A stretch of 64,000 nucleotides of DNA from Squalus acanthias (GCA_030390025.1 CM059432.1:94738001-94802000); one strand, 5' to 3'. Shown: positions 13,141-26,593, counted from the stretch's first letter. Numbers and translations: made by a program. The notes: generated by a model not told the origin, from the sequence alone.

Positions 13141-15539
13141 TCAAAAAGCAATTATACTTTCCTATGTCAATGGATTGTTTAATTCATAGAATTACGCTGT
13201 GGATGTACTGCTATTTTTGCATTAACACAAAACAGTTTGAGGCACACATCTATGCGAAAGTTGCAGCATTACTTGGGAGTCCAATCTTGAACTATCTCCT
13301 GAGTGCACTAAAGCCAAGCAGTGTGAGACCCCATCTCACTGCTTGGACTTCACACTGAATGGAACATAATTCCACCCCAATGTGAAGCTAGGTTTAAAAT
13401 GTGGTCAGGTGGCCCATTGGATCTTCTGCGAACTTTCTAAACTTAGTACTGAGTCTTTTTAATGTTATGAGCAAATGGATTGTGTCACTGCCCTCTATTG
13501 GCATTAAAAAAAATAACTGGGGAGCAGAACAGGCACATAATTCCCGATGCAAGGGAGATTGGGAATAGTTGGTTTGTATTTGTGAGACATTTTCTTTTAG
13601 GTATTCGGTAATAATCTTTCTCCAGATAAGCCTCCTTAATGCCTTTACCTTGCTGTGTGCTTCTTGGGACAGAGGTGGCCCTGTACCTTCTTGTGCTGGG
13701 TCATGAGACGGCCCTGCAATTGCTGGCATTATGTACAATACGGCAATGGTTCTGCCACCTTTCCAGTGCAAATTGTGTTATCTGAGCGGGTCGACTGAGT
13801 GGTATGGGTGTGGTGTTGCCTTGAAAGACAGCTCTGCCATTTGTGCCAACTCTTGCCATGTCCTGCTGCTGGCACTCCCTCAGCCAGTTCAGTGATCTCT
13901 TTGGGAGCAGACCACAGGGTAAGCAATGAGATTTGGGAAGCCCTGATTCAAGATTCTGTTCAGTATGGTGAACCTAGATAAGACAAACACCTGTACATTA
14001 GAGTCCAAGATCTCCAGTGCCTCAGTCTGAACATACCTGAGAGAATCAATTGGGGCCTCTGTTAAGTGTAGTTCTGCTACAGATAGACCAGACACATGCT
14101 CCAGGGTGGACTGCAGCTCTGTGAAGCAGTCAAAGACCACTGCACCATGCATCTAGTTGACTTCTCCACCATAGCTTTTGTGCTTTGCAGGGTGCTTTGC
14201 ATGCTCTGAGATCACTGCATAAAGTGAGAGTGCTCAAAAATCATGGTTTTTTTATAAGCCCTATGCAGTACCAATCTGTGGCCCTCTGGTCAACAACTTT
14301 CTTCCCTTCTATTATTCCTGTTCACTTATACTTTATGCTACATCTCGTGCTCCCTCAAGAATCTCACTAACTCCATCCACTGTGCTGGATATCACTGTGC
14401 TGGTGCTTGTGACAGGTGGAGTAATTGACATTGGTGCTGTGAAGTGTTTGATTATTTGCTATCTGTGAACTTGGTTATTGATTCCTTGGGAATATCTATG
14501 GTTAACAAGAGAAATACATGTTGCAATGCTAGCTTTGCTTTGTTACCACGGTACATGAAATGTTTTAGAATGACATAGTGATGGAGTGAATGAGCAAGAG
14601 GAAGAATAATCAGCATTGAATGATTCTAGCCTGGAGCTTGGTAAAACCAACCTGCAGTACTCACCCAACTTGGTATATATACTCAGGCCCATAATCTTGA
14701 GGGTTAACTCCTCCAGTTGACTTAAGGGTATAAGTCAATAGGCATCTTCATAGCTGTTGATAGAAGCCCCATTAGAGGACATAGTTTTTCTGATTAGTGA
14801 ACAACATCAATTGAAGATTTCCTTGATAGTTGGAAGATGTGTCATGCATTAATATGGTAGCATGTGAATGCATGAAAGAGGATAAAGGGTTCAGAAGTGA
14901 TAGGAATGCATCCGCATTCAAAATCAAGCGAGTTGAGCTAAAATAAAATCTTTGTTTCAGGTGTGCCATACTTGTATATGCTGCAGGTAACTGCAGTGGG
15001 GTCAGATTGCCAACATTCCAAAAACTTCTTTTTCATCCAGACATGGGAGATGGTATTAGTTTATGCTGTGACCTCCTCGCAGGCAGACTGGAGTGCTGCC
15101 TTTTGAGGAGATTGTTCCTCTGCTCCAAAGAGAGCAACCCTCCCTTATTGTAACTCTTCCAAAAGAACCTACAAGATTAAATCCAATAGGGGGTATTCTC
15201 ATTCTTGACCTAGGCCTACTTCCATCCTTTACATGACTTGAACAAATTTTAACCATCAAAAACAGCATACTTCTAATGCCAAGGTACCACTTTAAATAGG
15301 AGCATTAGAATAGGTTCTAGAAGACAGACACAAGCAAAAGAGTAGAAGACACACACAATACGTGGTCACCAAAGGGTGCACCAGAGGAAAAGCACTTAGC
15401 AAACATGCACTGATAACTTTTAGGAAAGGAAATTGTTGCATTTTATTTCAACTATGTCCAGTTTATTTTTGCTGGTGCAGAATAAGGTAGCAGCAGTTGC
15501 AAGGATGGGTCTCTATGATAGTTCAAGTAATGCAGAGGA

Positions 15540-15885
15540 CAATGTTAGAGGTAATGTTTTAGGCCACTGTTTAGTGCACATGTGGGCCTTCAGACCCTCA
15601 CAAAATAAAGTTTTCTTTGACTTTGGCCCCTTCTCTAAAAACTCTGATGTTGCTTTTCCAAGGACCACTATACCAACTGACCATGAAGGATTCTACTGAC
15701 CAAACCAGCACAATCATGGATTTCAACATCTGGTTACAAAGTGGGACAAGAGGAAAAAGATACCATTCTATCACAACTGAAGCCAATTTGTTGAAAAACT
15801 GGGGCTTTTCAGTAAGGATGGGATGCACCTGAGCCAGGTAGGTGTGAAACTTTTTGCTGCCAATATGGATAAAACACACAGGCAT
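15540..15885 (+). pseudogene. SGNH esterase-like remnant, probably LINE (CR1/L2 group) ORF1
   Basis: Peptides GPLY...IMDFNIWLQ and, after a frameshift, LFSKDGMHLSQVGVKLFAANM (DGxH motif). Confidence 0.5.
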
Positions 15886-15897
15886 TATAGAGTCATA

Positions 15898-16636
15898 GGG
15901 GGAAAAATTGAGTCGCACCTCCTTTGGGGCGCTAACTTCGCCAGGGCGCTACTTTTAGCGCTCCATAAAAATTAGCGCCCCCGCGCCGGAAATTGAGTGG
16001 TTGCGCCTCAAGAGGGAAGCGGGGCGCTACTGGAAGCGCCCCGCATCCCTTTTGGGGTGCTGTGAATCAATATCGTGCAGCTTATTTGCACCGCAGTATT
16101 GCAGGCCTTCCTCCCCTTCTTAAAGGGGAGGAAGGCCTTGCACAGAGCGAACCGGGGCCCAGCTGGGCCCCCGGGGATCGGGAATGCCGGCAAAAGAGCC
16201 CGGCACTCAAGAGAAGTGGAGCGCAGCCGGCACTTCGAGGGGGGGGGGGCTTCACGGGGGCCGGGGACAGCAACGGGGGCAGGTGCTGGCAGGCAGCCAG
16301 CAACAAAAATGGCCGCCCGCCACCTCCCCTTTAACTAGCGCTGCCCCGGCCGCAGGTAGGCCCCCCTGACCCCGTCGGACATAGCGTCCGGCGGAAAGTC
16401 AAGGGGCGCTACCGAAGATCGCGGCCGGAGCGCGAGCGGGGCGCTGCGCATGGCGATGATGTCATCGCCGGCGGCGCAGCGCCACAGGGCGCTACTGGTT
16501 AGCGCCGCCGCTAACCTCCCACTGAATGTCGCGGGAGGCGTGGGCAGCGCCGCACCCGGGCGCTAGTTGCTTTGCGCCCCATTAGCGCCCTCTTAAGGCG
16601 CTAACGGGAGGCGCAAACCAACTGAATTTTTCCCCC
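15898..16636. mobile_element. Harbinger MITE (739 bp) related to the H2/H3 family
   Basis: 16-bp TIR gggggaaaaattgagt / actgaatttttccccc with 1 mismatch. Flanks ata/aga lie inside a CR1 (atagagtc)n tail. The right end matches the reverse complement of the H3 left end. Confidence 0.9.
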
Positions 16637-18520
16637 AGAGAGTCATAACGGCACAGAAGGAGGCCATTCGGCCCATCGAGTCCGTGCCGGCTCTCTGTAG
16701 AGCAATCCAGTCAGTCCCATTCCCCGGCTCTATCCCCGTAGCCCTGCAAGTTTATTTCCCTGAAGTGCCTATCCAGTCTCCCCTTGAAAACATTGAGTGT
16801 GTCCGCTTCCACCACTTCTGTCGGCAGTGAGTTCCAGGTCCTCACCACTCGCTGCGTAAAAAAGTTTTTCCTCATATCCCCCCTGTATCTCTTGCCCAAA
16901 ACCTTAAATCTCTGTCCCCTAGTCCTTGTACCATCAACTAGTGGGAACAGCCTTTCCCCATCTAGTCTATCCAAACCCGTCATAATCTTGTACACCTCTA
17001 TCATAGAAACATAGAAACATAGAAGATAGGAGCAGGAGTAGGCCATTCGGCCCCTCGAGCCTGCTCCGCCATTCGATGAGATCATGGCTGATCATCCAAA
17101 CTCAGTACCCTGTCCCTGCCTTCTCCCCATATCCCTTGATACCTTTAGCCTTAAGAAATATATCTAACTCCTTCTTGAATATATTTACTGACTTGGCCTC
17201 AACTGCCTTCTGTTGTGGAGATTCCACAGGTTCACCACTCTCTGGGTGAAGAAATTCCTCCTCATCTCTGTCCTTTATGGCTTACCCCTTATCTTTAGAC
17301 TGTGACCTCTATCAAATCACCCCGCAACCTCCTTTGCTCTAATGAAAACAAATCCAGCTTCTCCAATCTGTCCTTGTAGCTAAGATCCCCATCCCCAGAA
17401 CCATTTTGGTAAATCTCCCTCTCAAGTGCCTTCACATCCTTCCTAAAGTGTGGTGACCAGAACTGGACGCAATACTCCAGTTGTGGCCTAACCAGCGCTT
17501 TATAAAGGTTCAGCATAGCTTCTCTAATTTTGTACTCAATACCTCTATTTATGAAGCCCAAGATCCCATATGCTTTGCTAACCATTCTCTCAATATGTCC
17601 TGCCACCTTCAGGGACCTATGCACATTAACTCCCAGGTCCCTCTATCCCTGCACACTCTTTAAAACTGTGCCATTAAGTGTATATTGCCTCTCCCTGTTC
17701 CTTCTGCCAAAATGCATCACCTCACACTTCTCTGTATTAAATTCCATCTGCCACTTGTCTGCCCATTCTGCTAGCCTTTCTATGTCCTGTTGCAGTCGAT
17801 TGGTATCATCATCACTGTTTGCCACACCCCCAAGTTTGGTGTCATCGGCAAATTTTGAAATTCTACTCTGTATTCCAATATCCAGGTCATTTATATATAG
17901 CAAAAGAAGCAGTGGCCCCAGCACTGACCCTTGGGGAACACCACTGTCTACCATCCTCCATGCTGAAAAACAGCCATTTACCACAACTCGCTGTTTTCTG
18001 TCCTTAAGCCAATTCCTTATCCAAGCTGCCACTGACCTACCTATTCCATGAGCCTCAATTTTGTTAACCAGCCTTCTATGTGGTACTTTGTCAAACGCCT
18101 TCCGAAAATCCATGAAGACAACATCCATTGCATTCCCTTCATCAATCCTCTCTGTTACTTCATCAAAAAATGCAATTAGATTAGTCAAACACGATCTGCC
18201 TTTTACAAATCTGTGTTGGCTCTCCTTAATTAGTTTAAACTTCTCCAAGTGCCCGTTAATTTTTTCCTTGATTATTGTTTCTGAAACTTTATCCACCACT
18301 GATGTTAAACTGACCGGCCTGTAGTTACGAGGATTGTCCTTACACCCTTTCTTGAACAATGGTGTCACATTTGCCACTTTCCAATCCTCAGGCACCTCCC
18401 CTGCATCTAGGAAAGATTGGAAAATTATGGCAAGCCCTTCCGCTATCTCCTCTCCCAATTCCCTTAGCAACCTGGGATGCAAGCCATCTGGACTAGGTGA
18501 CTTATCCACTCTAATGAAAT
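16637..18520 (-). mobile_element. CR1 LINE (RT region to 3' end)
   Basis: ORFs 17643-18590 and 17295-17624 carry NYRPVSLTS, DFRKAFDKV, GVPQGSVLGP and KFADD. Confidence 0.95.
17004..17304 (-). mobile_element. Short CR1 3' fragment nested in the CR1
   Basis: Has a (catagaaa)n tail and is flanked by the direct repeat acctctatca (16994-17003 and 17305-17314). Confidence 0.85.
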
Positions 18521-18589
18521 TGTAAGTGGAGAAAATAATGTGAAAAATGCCAGAGTGCTTCCAATTCTGTGTTGTGGACCACTGAACCA

Positions 18590-18800
18590 AGAGAGGAGAA
18601 TGGATCTGTAGCTGTTGTAATCAAATCGTGAAGATAGTCAATGAAGGGAAGATAGTGATGATAGGAGATTTCAATTATCCACATAAGGTGGACAAATGAG
18701 AGAAAGGTACAAGAGATAGGAAGCCCGTCAGAAAATATTTATTGATGCAATAAATGATTGCTTCTTAATTATGTGAGGACAAGCAATAGAGAGGATATTA
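18590..18800 (+). mobile_element. Degraded CR1 APE endonuclease fragment
   Basis: IVMIGDFNYP motif at ~18652-18682. Confidence 0.6.
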
Positions 18801-19108
18801 TTTTAGGTGGGCTGGTGCTGTCCTCAAGCGTGTGAACAGCAAAAAAGCTCAACTTTGAAAACACCAGTGGATACTCAAGAATTGAGATTAATTCTGTGGA
18901 TAAAAGTGGAATTTATAATTGAGACCCTGGGGCCACTGTATGAGATACAGAAGCCATTGGAAATCTCTCCGTCCTCTGCAGACACAAAGGGCTGAATTTT
19001 TACCTTTGAGTCGGGTCGGGTGCGTGGGGGCCACATAGTAGGTCGCTGACCCGAACTTTCCATCAGCACGCTCTGCAGTGTGTGTTTAACTTAACTACAT
19101 CATGACTT

Positions 19109-20150
19109 CTTTTTTATTCGTTTATGGGATGTGGGCGTCGCTGGCAAGGCCAGCATTTATTGCCCATCCCTAATTGCCCTTGAGAAGGTGGTGGTGAGCC
19201 GCCTTCTTGAACTGCTGCAGTCTGTGTGGTGAAGGTACTCCCACAGTGCTGTTAGGGAGGGAGCTCCAGCATTTTGACCCAGCGACGATGAAGGATCGGC
19301 GATATACTTCTAAGTCAGGATGGTGCGTGACTTGGAGGGGAACTTGGAGGTGGTGGTGTTCCCATGCGCCTGCTGCCTTTGTCCTTCTAGGTGGAAGAGG
19401 TTGCGGGGTTGGGAAGTGCTGCCGAAGAAGCCTCGGCGAGTTACTGCAGTGCATCTTGTAGATGGTACACACTGCAGCCATGGTATGCCGGTGGTGGAGG
19501 GAGTGAATGTTTAAGGTGGTGGATGGGGTGCCAATCAAGTGGGCTGCTTTGTCCTGGATGGTGTTGAGCTTCTTGAGTGTTGTTGGAGCTGCACTCATCC
19601 AGGCAAGTGGAGAGTATTCCATCACACTCATTACTTGTGCCTTATAGATGGTGGAAAGGCTTTGGGGAGTCAGGAGGTGAGACACTCGCCACAGAATACC
19701 TAGCCTCTGACCTGCTCTTGTTGCCACAGTAGTTATGTGGCTGGTCCAGTTAAGTTTCTGGTCAATGGTGACCCCCAGGATGTTGATGGTAGGGGTTTCG
19801 GCGATGGTAATGCCGTTGAATGTCAAGGGGCGGTGGTTAGACTCTCGCTTGTTGGAGATAGTCATTGCCTGGCACTTCTGTGGCGCAAATGTTACCTGCC
19901 ACTTATCAGCCCAAACCTGAACGTCTTCCCGGTCTTGTTGCATGTGGGCATGGGCTGCTTCATTATCTGAGGAGTTGTGAATGGCACTGAACACTGTGCA
20001 GTCATCAGCGAACATCCCCATTTCTGACCTTATGTTGGAGGCAAGGTCATTGATGAAGCAGCTGAAGATGGCTGGGCCTAGGACACTGCCCTGAGGAACT
20101 CCTGCAATGATGTCCTGGGGCTGTGATGATTGACCTTCAACCACCACAAC
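19109..20150 (-). mobile_element. CR1/L2-group (Crack/Daphne-like) LINE, 5'-truncated
   Basis: ORF 19170-20153 has GVPQGSVLGP, MFADD, WADKWQVTF and LGVTIDQKLNW. Poly-A-type tail. 8-bp TSD catgactt at 19101-19108 and 20151-20158. The clade name is tentative. Confidence 0.88.
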
Positions 20151-20366
20151 CATGACTTAGTCATGCAGGTTTCCCGGCCAATTAACTGGAGCGGGTCTGA
20201 TGACATCACGGATGACTCGCCTTCAGCTCACCTATTTAAAGGAGCCTTGCACACATCAGAGTTGAAGGTTGTTGGAGGTGGTTCTGAGGTTGTTGTGAGA
20301 GGTGGCTGTTGCTGTTATATAGTTCCAATAGTTTGACTGTGAAGGTGCAAGCATTTATAACCAAGG

Positions 20367-21830
20367 ATGGAGGCTCAGCGCCAGAGGGCTGCGCCCAGGT
20401 TTTCTGATTCCTCCCTGGAAATCCTGCTCCAGGAAGTGAGAGCACGCAAGGAGGTCCTGTTCCCTGGTGATGGGAGTTAGAGGCCAGCATCTGCAACAAA
20501 GAGGGCATGGCTGGAGATCGCCTAGGAAGTAAGCAGCAGGGGTGTTGTGAGCCGCTCCTGGATCCAGTGTCGGAAGCGAATTAATGACCTCATGAGGTCA
20601 GAAAAGGTGAGTACAATGCCACATTCAACTACATCCTGATGTGAGTGTCACCCCAACCTCATCACTCTGCCTTTCCAAGCCTACTCCTGCACGTCACTCC
20701 TCACACCAACCTACCTTGCAGGTGCACCCAACCCTCACTGTCTATGCACCTACTCACATCCCCATCTGACTATCCACCACTGACACTCACCCTCAGTCTA
20801 ATGCAATCATAGAATCATAAAAAATAACGCCACAGAAGGAGGCCATTTGGCAATGTCACACCACTCCCTCATAGTCACCCTCTACAGATGTAGGCCATCC
20901 ATCCCCTACACTCATTCCATCACCCTCACTCAAAGTTCTCTGTTTCCCTCCTTGCAGGAGAAGAGAGCCCAGAACAACAGGGAGAGATAGAGAACCGGAG
21001 GTGGCCCTCCAATTTACACTACATTGACGCCAGCAGAGGAGGAGGCACTGGAATTAAGCGGACTGGCAGAGCTGCTGGCGGTGGGAGATGGAGACGGGGG
21101 GACCTCCCAGCAACCTGGTGACAGAATTAAATATCATACAGCCACATGGCATACAACAGTCACTCATGGTGACTTGATGTCAGCAGCCAGTGAAATATGA
21201 ACGTGTGCATTATGGCAACTTACAACATTCTTATCATAACAGTTCTAATTCATGTCTTTACTCTCCCACAGGCCGATCAAGTGCCCCCTGGCACTGTCCA
21301 GCCGGAGGAGGAAGACGACTCCTCAGATGAAGTTGCAGTCTCGGAGGGTGCACCGTCACCTGACCTATGCGCATCCAGCACCAGCACAGATACGCGCACG
21401 TCGGTGGGTCCTGTGAGAGAGAGAGTAATGTTGTCACCTGGTGTCTCACACATCACAAGTGAGCAAGAGCAGATGGTGGAGCCAGGGACAGCAGTGGAGA
21501 GTCCGCGTTGGAGGAAGCAGGACGCTCCAAGCTCTGCCCAGCTGGACGCAGATGCTGAACATCGGGGGCCATCGAGAAAGAGGCTGATCTTGGAGGAGCA
21601 GCAACAAATGCAGGAAGCTCTGGCAACTTTTCCAGCTGCAATGCGCGACTGTAGGGAGAATGGAGGAGTCCATCTCCACAATGAGCAGCACCATGTCGCA
21701 AGCGATGGCGACGATGTGCTCTTCCATCAAAAGGGGGGCTGCCTGTACGGAGGAGCAAATGCTCCAGTCAAACGAGTACATGCTTGCTGTGAACAGCAGC
21801 TTGCAGACTCTTATTGTAGTCATATCTAGG
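20367..21830 (+). pseudogene. Myb/SANT-like (NAIF1/MSANTD-type) Harbinger partner pseudogene, 3 exons
   Basis: Exon 1 reads MEAQRQRAAPRFSDSSLEILL...AWLEIA*EVS...QCRKRINDLMRSEK|gtgagt. Exon 2 starts at ~20959 (EKRAQNNRER*RTGGG) and exon 3 at ~21272. In-frame stops present. Confidence 0.8.
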
Positions 21831-23379
21831 AGGGACATGTGGAGGGCTGGCAGCAGGCTGGAAGATTTTTACGGAAGACTTTTAAAAAAAACTTAAAGGT
21901 ACCTTTTCAGGAGTGGCCTGCAGCAGTCAGTGCCAGGCATCAAAGGGTGGACTGTGCGCAGCTCATTGATACCTTAATGTTGCGTTGGGGTCCTATGTAT
22001 GTCATAGAACCCCATTAGTATATTACAAATATGTACTACTGTTTTAATGTGTGTAATTCACTGAGGTAGAAAGTACAGAGATCACTTTTTTCAGTCTCTC
22101 TCTCTTGTTCTACCTTCTATCACTGCACTGTGAATGTTTAAACAGCAGTGCAAAACCAGTAAATAGCAAACGAAAATGAAAGTGTTGACAACATAGCAGA
22201 TGGGGTAGTTTTTAGAACTTGTTATTTGGTCTAAGTTCGTCCAACACAAAAATGCTGTTGTCCACAGGTTAGATTGAATCTAAATTAAACAGGAGCTACC
22301 CCAATAACTGACTAAGTTGTCAGATTTTACAACTGTACCGAAACATGTATTTACCCCGATTAACATGGGGTGGACAATTGGGACTGGCAGAAATACAACA
22401 ATAAACCAGATTCTTTTCCCAAAATACTTCAGAACTGTTTAATTGCACCCAAAAGGGATGAGCAAATGCACTGCAGTCAGTCCTCTGCCAATCTCGCTCT
22501 TAAACTTGCGTGTTCTGCACTAAATTCTAAATTGTGAATCAACCCCTGCTTCACTGCAATTCTATCTAATTAGGTATGTTTGCAGTAATTATATTGTCAC
22601 AGGCCAATGTTTCCATGTAAATAGTGATAATATTTTTTCCAGAAAATCAACCTGTTCTGCAATTGGGTTAGTTTTGTGGGAAATATATTTTCACTATTTA
22701 CACAGAGGCTCTGGCCTGTGAAAATATAATTTTTCATTTGATGGAAACCAAGTGGGGAATTTACAGATACCTCTTAATACAGAAAACAGTTGTTTCATTT
22801 CTGCAAAACTAGAAACCTAGCAAAAGCTGACAACAGCTTCAAAAAAGCTGGTGCCATATTTAAAATGCTTCTGCCATTTTGTTCAAGGATCTCACTTGTT
22901 GCACACTGAGGGAAGCAAGGATGTCTAAAAATGCAAAGTACCATTTAGTTCAGCAAAGTACATTGCCTCAAAAACAGCATGGCGTGAATTCCCAAATTGC
23001 AGCAATGCCAAAGACTAAGGGGGAGAAATTCGGTATCTCCCCATTTGGGGCGCAATTATCGGTCGGGCGCAAAGTTTAGCGCCTGGCGCAAATTATCGCC
23101 TCCGACTGCAAACTTGGCTTCTATCGCCCCTGGAGGTGATTGGAGCGCTAAATCAGGCGCTTCACACCTCTCTTAAGGCGCTAATGCCGAGGAGCAAGGC
23201 GCTACCTCAGAGTGTGGGCGAAGCTCATGTGATGTCAGTTAGCAATGGGACACAGACACACTGGCACCGGCCAGTTCTTAAAGGGGAGGGTCGATCTTGC
23301 TCTCCAGCCACACCCTGCTCATTGCAGCCTTGAATCTCGGCCTGGACAAACCTCAACTTCAAACCTGCTGCAAAGAACA

Positions 23380-25142
23380 ATGGAGAGGCCCAGGGAATGA
23401 GCTCAGCGCTTCAGCGACCGGGCCTTGATGGCTCTGGTTAGCGCAGTGGAGCACCGAAGATCAATACTCTACCCACAGGGTGGCAGAAGGTCATTGCCCC
23501 GCGACTATAGAAGAATGTGGAGGGAGGTGGCTCAGCACGTCTCCTCCAGGAGCATGGTGCCCAGGACCCACAAACAATGTCGGAATTAGTTCAACAACCT
23601 CAGTCGGGTGGTCAGGGTGAGTGGCTGCTTTTCAATACCTCTACATCTCTCCATCTCAATCTCACTCTGTGGCCAAAGGGTTTAAAAACCCCAAATGCCC
23701 AACACTCATCCAAGACCTATGGCCATCTCATAAAACACACGCACATTCCACACCTTGCATACATTAAGGGCTATTCAACTATGGGAGGCACATCAGGCAA
23801 GCACATGGCTGCATATTTACTCAGACGCCGTCCTTTTTCTTGCAGGCCAAGCTATCTCATAATAGGTGGCAGCAGCAACGGATGGGTGAAGGGCCGGCTG
23901 AGCTGCGGATCCTCAGCGATTTGGAGGCGCGCATCCACAGGATCGTTGCCAGCCAGGTGATAGGTCCCGTGGCCGCTGGAGATGTCGACCCTCTTGGGGA
24001 CAAGAATGGTAAGTTCATCAGCTTTCTCTCCTCTCTCATTCCACTTGTCCCTCACAACACCAGCCTTTTACACTTTCAATCCAACTTACTAAATGTCTCC
24101 AGTCCTTGCTCCCTTACTGCCCCCCTGTCCTGACGCTAAAGCCACTCTTGTACCTCCCTGCTTTCAGATAGTGAACCACCAGCTGAGCAGCCTGTCCCTC
24201 AACCAACCAGTGGGAGCGACGGCCCAGGCGAGGAGGAAGAGGAAGCCGGAGCCTCAGCGCCAGCGTCTCCCGAGGAAGCCCATGCCCACACTGGGACCAC
24301 GCCTTCCCTGGAGGGGAGCAGGAGGGAAGGGTCTGATGAGGTTGAAGCTCCAGGACTCAGCGGGCTGCAGCAATGCCATGTGGCTAGGGAAGCTCGGGGG
24401 CCTTCTCCCCGGAGGGAGAGTAGGCCAGCGAGTCCTGCTGCACTGGACGCAGAGGAGGAGCGGCTCATCGCTGAAATGAACACCCAGGCGTTGAACATGC
24501 ACACTCAACTCATGGGTGCAGTGGGAAGGGTGCCCGAAAGCATTGATGGACTGGCTAGGAATGTGGAGCACTCCGCTGCAGCACAGGCCGATGCAACGCA
24601 ACGGCTTAGTGCTGCAATTCAGTCACTGGCTGCTGCGATCCAATCTCAGACTGCTCTCATGCAGTCTCAGATTGAGGCCACGCAAGCACTGACTGCTGCC
24701 ATCGTCGCTGGGTAAGCCACATTGCCCCGGGGCTCTCACGGCGCCGCAGTAGGCCAGCAATCTGTGCTCCAGCAGATTGCTCCGGATGCTGAGGTGCTGC
24801 CCCGTGGGAGTGACAGTGTGTCGGTCGAGCAGGGAGGTGCTGTCCTCTCTCAGGATGACAGCATTCCTGCTCCCATCACTGTCACTTCCCCATTGTGCTT
24901 GCCACCTCCTGAAACACAACCAGCCCAGACTGCTGCCGCCCATGCAGAGTTGGTGCAATCTGCAGCCGGGGCCTCCAGGCCCAGAGCTGGTCGAGGGCGT
25001 CCTTCAAGGGCATCTGTAGTCTCTGCATCTGACATTCAGCAGCCTTGCTGCAGCCACTGGGGCCCCATTACGGAGGAGCAGTAGGGTGGGAAGGGGGGAA
25101 GTGCGTAAGGGATGGAGATCACCCTCGAAGGGCAAACAGTAG
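23380..25142 (+). pseudogene. H2 Myb/SANT partner pseudogene
   Basis: Colinear with the H3 gene, with the same three exons. Premature stops include CGA>TGA at 23398-23400. Confidence 0.88.
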
Positions 25143-25455
25143 GAGGTCTAAATAAATGGTGGGAATGTTTTTATTAATGGTCAACGTTCAGCTGATAACT
25201 TTTGTTTAGTGTTTTGGCGTTTATCTCCAGCTTGTGAGAACCAGTTATGTTAATTAATGATTTGTTGTGTTTGTTTCTATTAGTTTGTCCTGAATAAATG
25301 ACACACACACAGTTTGTTAAATAAAAAAGTTGTTGTATTAAAAATGTACATGTTTGGCCTTTGCAATCATTGCAATCTTTGGCTGGCTATAAGGGTTGCG
25401 GTTTGCTTTCCATGATGTTGTTCTCCATGCCAGAAGCCATCTTCTGAGTAGGGGC

Positions 25456-26593
25456 CTAGAAGCGGCTTGTTATCAGCCGTTTTGGACGGCTCTTGCAGTG
25501 GCAACATTGTGGCCTTGGTGCTGCTGCTGATCATCTTCCTCCTCCTCTTCCTCCTCCTCCTCCGGTGGTGCACCAATCCCTGGTGGAATTGGCTGGGTCC
25601 TCAGGATTGCCAGGTTGTGAAGCATGCAGCATGCAACTATGAAGAGGGAGACTCACTCAGGAGAGTACAGCAGGGCTCCTCCTGAGTGGTCCAGACAGCG
25701 GAACCGTTGCTTGAGCACGCCGATCGTCTGCTCAATGATGTTCCTGGTGGCGAGATGGCTCTCATTGTACCGCAGCTCGGCAGGGGTGTTGGGGTTACGG
25801 AGCGGTGTCATCAGCCAGGTGCAGAGTGGATAACCCTTGTCCCGAGGAGCCAACCACTTGGCTGATGCGGTGCCTGGAAAAGGTCTGGCACACCAGTCTG
25901 GCCCAGGATGAAAGCATCGTGGCTGTTGCCAGGATAGCGGGCATTGACGGCGAGTATCAGCTGTCTGTGGTCACAGACCAACTTGACATTTAAGGAGTGG
26001 TAGCCCTTGCGGTTTTGGAAAACCTCTGCATTTTCATGCGGTGCCCGCAATGCCACATGCGTGCAGTCAATGGTGCCCTGCACCATGGGGAAGCCCGCTA
26101 TCCTAGCAAAGCCACATGCGCGTTCATGCTGTTTGGCTCGGGTCATGGGGAAAGAGATGTACTGGCGTCTCCTTTTATAGAGGGCATTTGTCACCTCCTG
26201 GATACAGCAATGGACAGCGAACTGGGAGATATTGGCGATGTCCCCAGTAGCTGCTTGAAAGGAGCTGGTGGCATAAAAATTCAGAGCCACTGTCACCTTC
26301 ACTGCCACCGACAGAGACGTCCTGGTCCTCCGTTGAGGCTGCAGATCTGGCTGCAGCAGGTGGCAGAGCTCAGTGACCACCTCCTTGCTGAAGTGCAGCC
26401 TGCACAAACACTGCTCCTCAGACAAATGAATGTAGGAGAATTGTTCCCGGAATACCCTGGGAGGGTAAGGTCTCCTGTGCAGAGGCCTGTTGGCCCTCCT
26501 CCCTCTGGCCATGTTTGCCATTCTCTCTCTGCGTCTCTGAAGCCTCCGATTCTGCAGGCGCAGGATGACGCCCCGAATCAGTGCAACTCCCAT
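25456..26593 (-). pseudogene. H2 Harbinger transposase pseudogene
   Basis: ORF 25811-26593 (GTIDCTH, NRKGYHSLNV). A 1-bp deletion at LLGD (~25843) and CGA>TGA at 25653-25655. Confidence 0.93.

Larger units (their letters stand above)
18988..21900 (+). mobile_element. Partial Harbinger-type element of a second family (one TIR plus Myb/SANT gene; no transposase seen)
   Basis: TIR-like start gggctgaatttttac. Homologous to 32966-33730. Interrupted by a LINE at 19109-20150. Confidence 0.7.
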
